A stretch of DNA of 25,000 nt from assembly GCA_030704615.1 (NCBI GenBank), contig JAKLZA010000014.1, positions 1 through 25,000 on the forward strand. The letters are read 5' to 3'. Positions 21,701-25,000 of the stretch are shown here, one piece after another (the first letter of the stretch is position 1; every line of letters starts with the position of its first letter). The DNA comes from Takakia lepidozioides. Its lineage: Eukaryota; Plantae; Bryophyta. The notes under the pieces are model-generated. The model made no database searches. It had not been told where the DNA came from and saw only the letters and a program-made list of their open reading frames with translations. A program made the translations under genes and the position numbers.

Positions 21701-23656
21701 AGCCACACATGACAGGTCCATCTAATATCTCTATCAAATTAAGAAAGCTAAACAGACAGATTGGTTGTTACTATCTCTTATCCATAAATGACCATTGAAG
21801 CATACGATCTCTCACATTTGTGTGTTCTAGGGTATGATCATTTCTGCTACCATGTAAAAGAGACAAGTTACAATGCCAACACGCAAGAAGAGCCCCACAC
21901 TAATTGTCAGGTGGCCTCTGCAGCATGCATTTCAAGACAATGAAGTGGCTCTCAACTGGCCTACCGCTCCTTAGTAACCGACTCCTCAGGTGGAAAGAGG
22001 ACTGGATAGGGTGAGGTGAGGACCACACTGGCGAAAATGCCTCACCTCAGAGGAGCTGTAGGCTCGGAGGATGGTGAATGGCTGTGGCCGTCCTCGCACA
22101 TCATAAAACACAACACGTCCACTGTTGGTCCCTACAGCCAAAGTGTTGCCATCATCCCTGAAAGCCAGTGATGAAAAAGGAGCCTCATATGGAACACAAT
22201 ATACAGGCTTCTTCACCCCTGGATCATATGTATACAACTTCTTGTCCAGACCACCGCTCACAATCATCTGACAACACATGTCCAAGCTTTTTGTTAGTAC
22301 ACAATATGGTCAGATGGTCTTTCTTGAAATTTCGGTTAAACAACAATTTAATGAGTTAGTCAGTGCCAAACTGAGACCAAACACAGGGAGCTCATGCTCA
22401 CTGCATGGCAGAAACTGACAGTACCTTTCCAACACATTTCCATAACAAATCTCAATGTCCGCCATACAATCAATATATTGGTTTTCATTTTCTACAATCC
22501 TCAAGATCATGTTGTAAGTTCCACAGAAAACAGAGAGGTTAATCGCAAGCTGACCTTGTCAGAGGTGGGCGAAAAACAAACACCCGTAGTTGGGGCCGAA
22601 TGTTGCTTGATCCATGACAACTGCAAAAGAACACAGCTTTCAACATTAGATTCTGGCAAGGGAGTCAACTTCTACAACAGATGGTGACATGATGATGACC
22701 TTGCCATTCATTTCTCTGTATGCTTGTCTAATGTCCTGTTTTTGCTACTTTCTGTTGGTTTTCTCTCTCTCTCCAGGCCTCCTATGTATGTAATGCATTT
22801 CTTTCTGTCTTTTTTCCTTCTTGATCTCTCTTATGAGGAAAGGGGGAAATTCCCTGGAACAACCTTTCATAGACAGCTGCTTCGCATAAAACCTCAGTAA
22901 AACAGAAAGCCAAAGAAACCAGCCAAAATTACAATAGAAGCTGAAGGCCTTTATAAGGCCTGAAATAGAAGCCCTTGATTCCAGAGCTGACTTGAAGCAT
23001 ATGCCGAACAAAAGCCAAGCTCACAAGGAATTCCATATACCTAGGACCAGAGATGCTGGATGACCTGCAAGAAACAAAGAGAGAAAAGAAAAGCAATTGA
23101 CCTGCCTTGGGACTACGGGAAGTGGTGTCCCAAAGATGGACCGAGCCATCATCACCAGCAGTCAGCAACAGATGCCTGCTCAATCGAGAATACTCCATTA
23201 CTCTCAGAACCTGCTCCATCTCAGCAGTGGCATGCCCACCCCCCATCATCTCCCTGCCAGACCAGAAGGACAGCAACATAACTCTAGATGTATCTCCTTC
23301 AGATTAGCACCTCTAGGCATGCAATGTGATGTCAGGAACCATTGTTGACATTCAAGTTTGATCTCAATGCATGTTTGATGTGATGGCAATCGTACCTGAT
23401 CATGTGGATCTTTGAGCTCCACAGCTCGGGTCCCTGATGCAAGGTTGTGTAAGATTAGGTCACCCTTAATGCTGATAGACGCGAGATGCTCGTCTTTACA
23501 GTTGTACATGACACCTGTGATGGTGTCGGTATGACCCTTCAGCCATTTAATGCATCTCTTCCGCTGAAGATCCCAAACCCTAATAATCTTTCCTGTTCCG
23601 CCAGAGCCAAGGTAGCGGGAGCCTTTACTGCTGAAGCATATAGCCAGAATGGACTC
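18796..23656 (-). CDS. NEDD1: NEDD1/GCP-WD gamma-tubulin ring complex targeting WD40 protein, 5'-partial (about 771 aa visible); exons 23656-23396, 23210-23106, 22620-22555, 22267-22046, 21586-20948, 20729-20566, 20222-19655, 19410-19228, 18903-18796
   Basis: WD40 repeats ([68 protein letters not shown]), the plant NEDD1 motifs [17 protein letters not shown] and TPPEAWGGE, and the C-terminal coiled coil [20 protein letters not shown]...[12 protein letters not shown]. Exon phases are consistent if one intron is GC-AG. No N-terminal exon was found in 23657-25000. Confidence 0.93.
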
Positions 23657-25000
23657 CTGCAACCAGCCAGGCAGGAACTACTATTTAGCACAAGGCTTCT
23701 CAAGAGACCGTTATAGAAGATCTACAAAAATTTAATCCAACAACAGTTCTGTCCTGTGATAGGTGCACATCTTGTGTTCTCTGCTGTAAGGTGCTCTTCC
23801 TAGGACTGGACATGTACTAGTCAGAGAGAGTACAAAGACCAGGTCAATCAATGTTGCTCAGTTAAGAGAACCGTTACATTGCCCACGGCAAGCACCATTC
23901 ATCAAAGATGACGATACTGCTGGCAACATACAGCATGTGTATCTGGGGTTTGATGAGCCAGCTGCACAGTGGGCCTTGTCAAGTAATCAAATATACGCAT
24001 CACAGCATTACCAATACCAGCTGTCAGTCCAGTGTCAGCATAGAAAGTTTGAAATTTGGGCAGGGGTCATATTATGGCAGTATCCAAATTCTCCATGTGC
24101 TTAGTAAACTCTGAAGTCACATTTGAGAGGTAGCCAAAGATTCAACAGCTAGCCTTATCCGAGGTACAGAAGAGATTCACACTAAAATTGATCTGCATGC
24201 TAACAATTGAGGAACCCTCCCAGGGCACTTCCATGCAGAATAGGTATTGCCATGAAGGTAACAAGAAGTATTAGCTGGCACGGCAGAGAACCCTAAAATC
24301 TTTCTTCTCGATTGAAGTAACAGAGGCCAACCAGACTTGTCCCCCATGATCGAGGATCACCACGAGGATTAGCCCTATTTGGGTTACAATGAGAGCCTTC
24401 GAAAGCAATAGGATGAGAGCCAGTATGAACCAACCGCAGGGAATGTGCGCCTGTCAACTATACTTGAGAGGGCCAGGATATAGTCATATCAGCTATAGCA
24501 AGGTCTTGTCGGTGTTCAATTTGATCCACTAGCAGGAGCACACATAATCACTCAAGGATTGTGAAAAGGTTGAACTTGCTGCTTGGTATTTAAAAGCTTA
24601 TTTGAAACCTGCCTGCTGCAAAGAAATTGAGGATTCATCAAACCTGCCTACAAGGTCCAAAATCCAACATAACCATCATAGACACTCTCAACTGCCCCAA
24701 TCCTTCCACAAATGTTTGTAGTTCATGCAATGCTACTCTGACAAAGACAGAACAATCTACAGGATCATCTGGACAAAACCCACCCTTATGCATTGAAGTT
24801 GCACCAGCTTGGGAGTTAACATAAGGACTCGGGCAAAACAAGATCAACATTTATTATTTTTGAAGTCCCCACTACTTTGGCAAGGGTTCCAGAAATGCAG
24901 TAGGCCCTCTTTCTGCTCACCTCCCCTCCTCGTCTCCCCCATCCTTCTCCATCCAACAGGTAGTAGGGTCTGGGGCACAGTGCTACATGAACAAACTTAG

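Noticed and set aside
19350-23716. Plus-strand ORFs overlapping NEDD1
   Set aside because: Antisense shadows of GC-rich exons, or intronic noise.
23657-25000. NEDD1 N-terminal exon or a separate gene (ORF 24638..24850)
   Set aside because: The expected first WD40 motifs were not found; treated as a long intron, possibly with unidentifiable TE debris.

Overview
Eukaryotic land-plant genomic DNA, plausibly a seed-free plant such as a fern (inferred from LINE motifs and intron style, not provable here). Four spliced protein-coding genes: the last two exons of a PLATZ zinc-finger transcription factor (+, 229-1153); a two-exon P-class PPR gene with 9 motifs (-, 11655-13585); a seven-exon METTL23-like SAM methyltransferase (+, 14087-17672) head-to-head with the PPR gene; and a 5'-truncated NEDD1/GCP-WD gene (-, 18796-23656, nine exons visible) convergent with METTL23. 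The PLATZ-PPR intergenic region (about 4.3-11 kb) is a nested transposon graveyard. It holds a decayed minus-strand L1-type LINE (ORF1 and endonuclease remnants) split by a plus-strand LINE 3' fragment and a duplicated CT-tailed cassette, plus a 61/65-bp two-variant tandem array beside a Helitron-like terminus. I cannot support a wholly new biological system. The best leads are the structured tandem array, a GC-AG intron with a competing frameshifting GT donor in NEDD1, a NEDD1 intron bounded by near-identical direct repeats, and an AUG-stop element in the 0.5-kb bidirectional promoter. Gene family assignments are from remembered motifs, not database searches.
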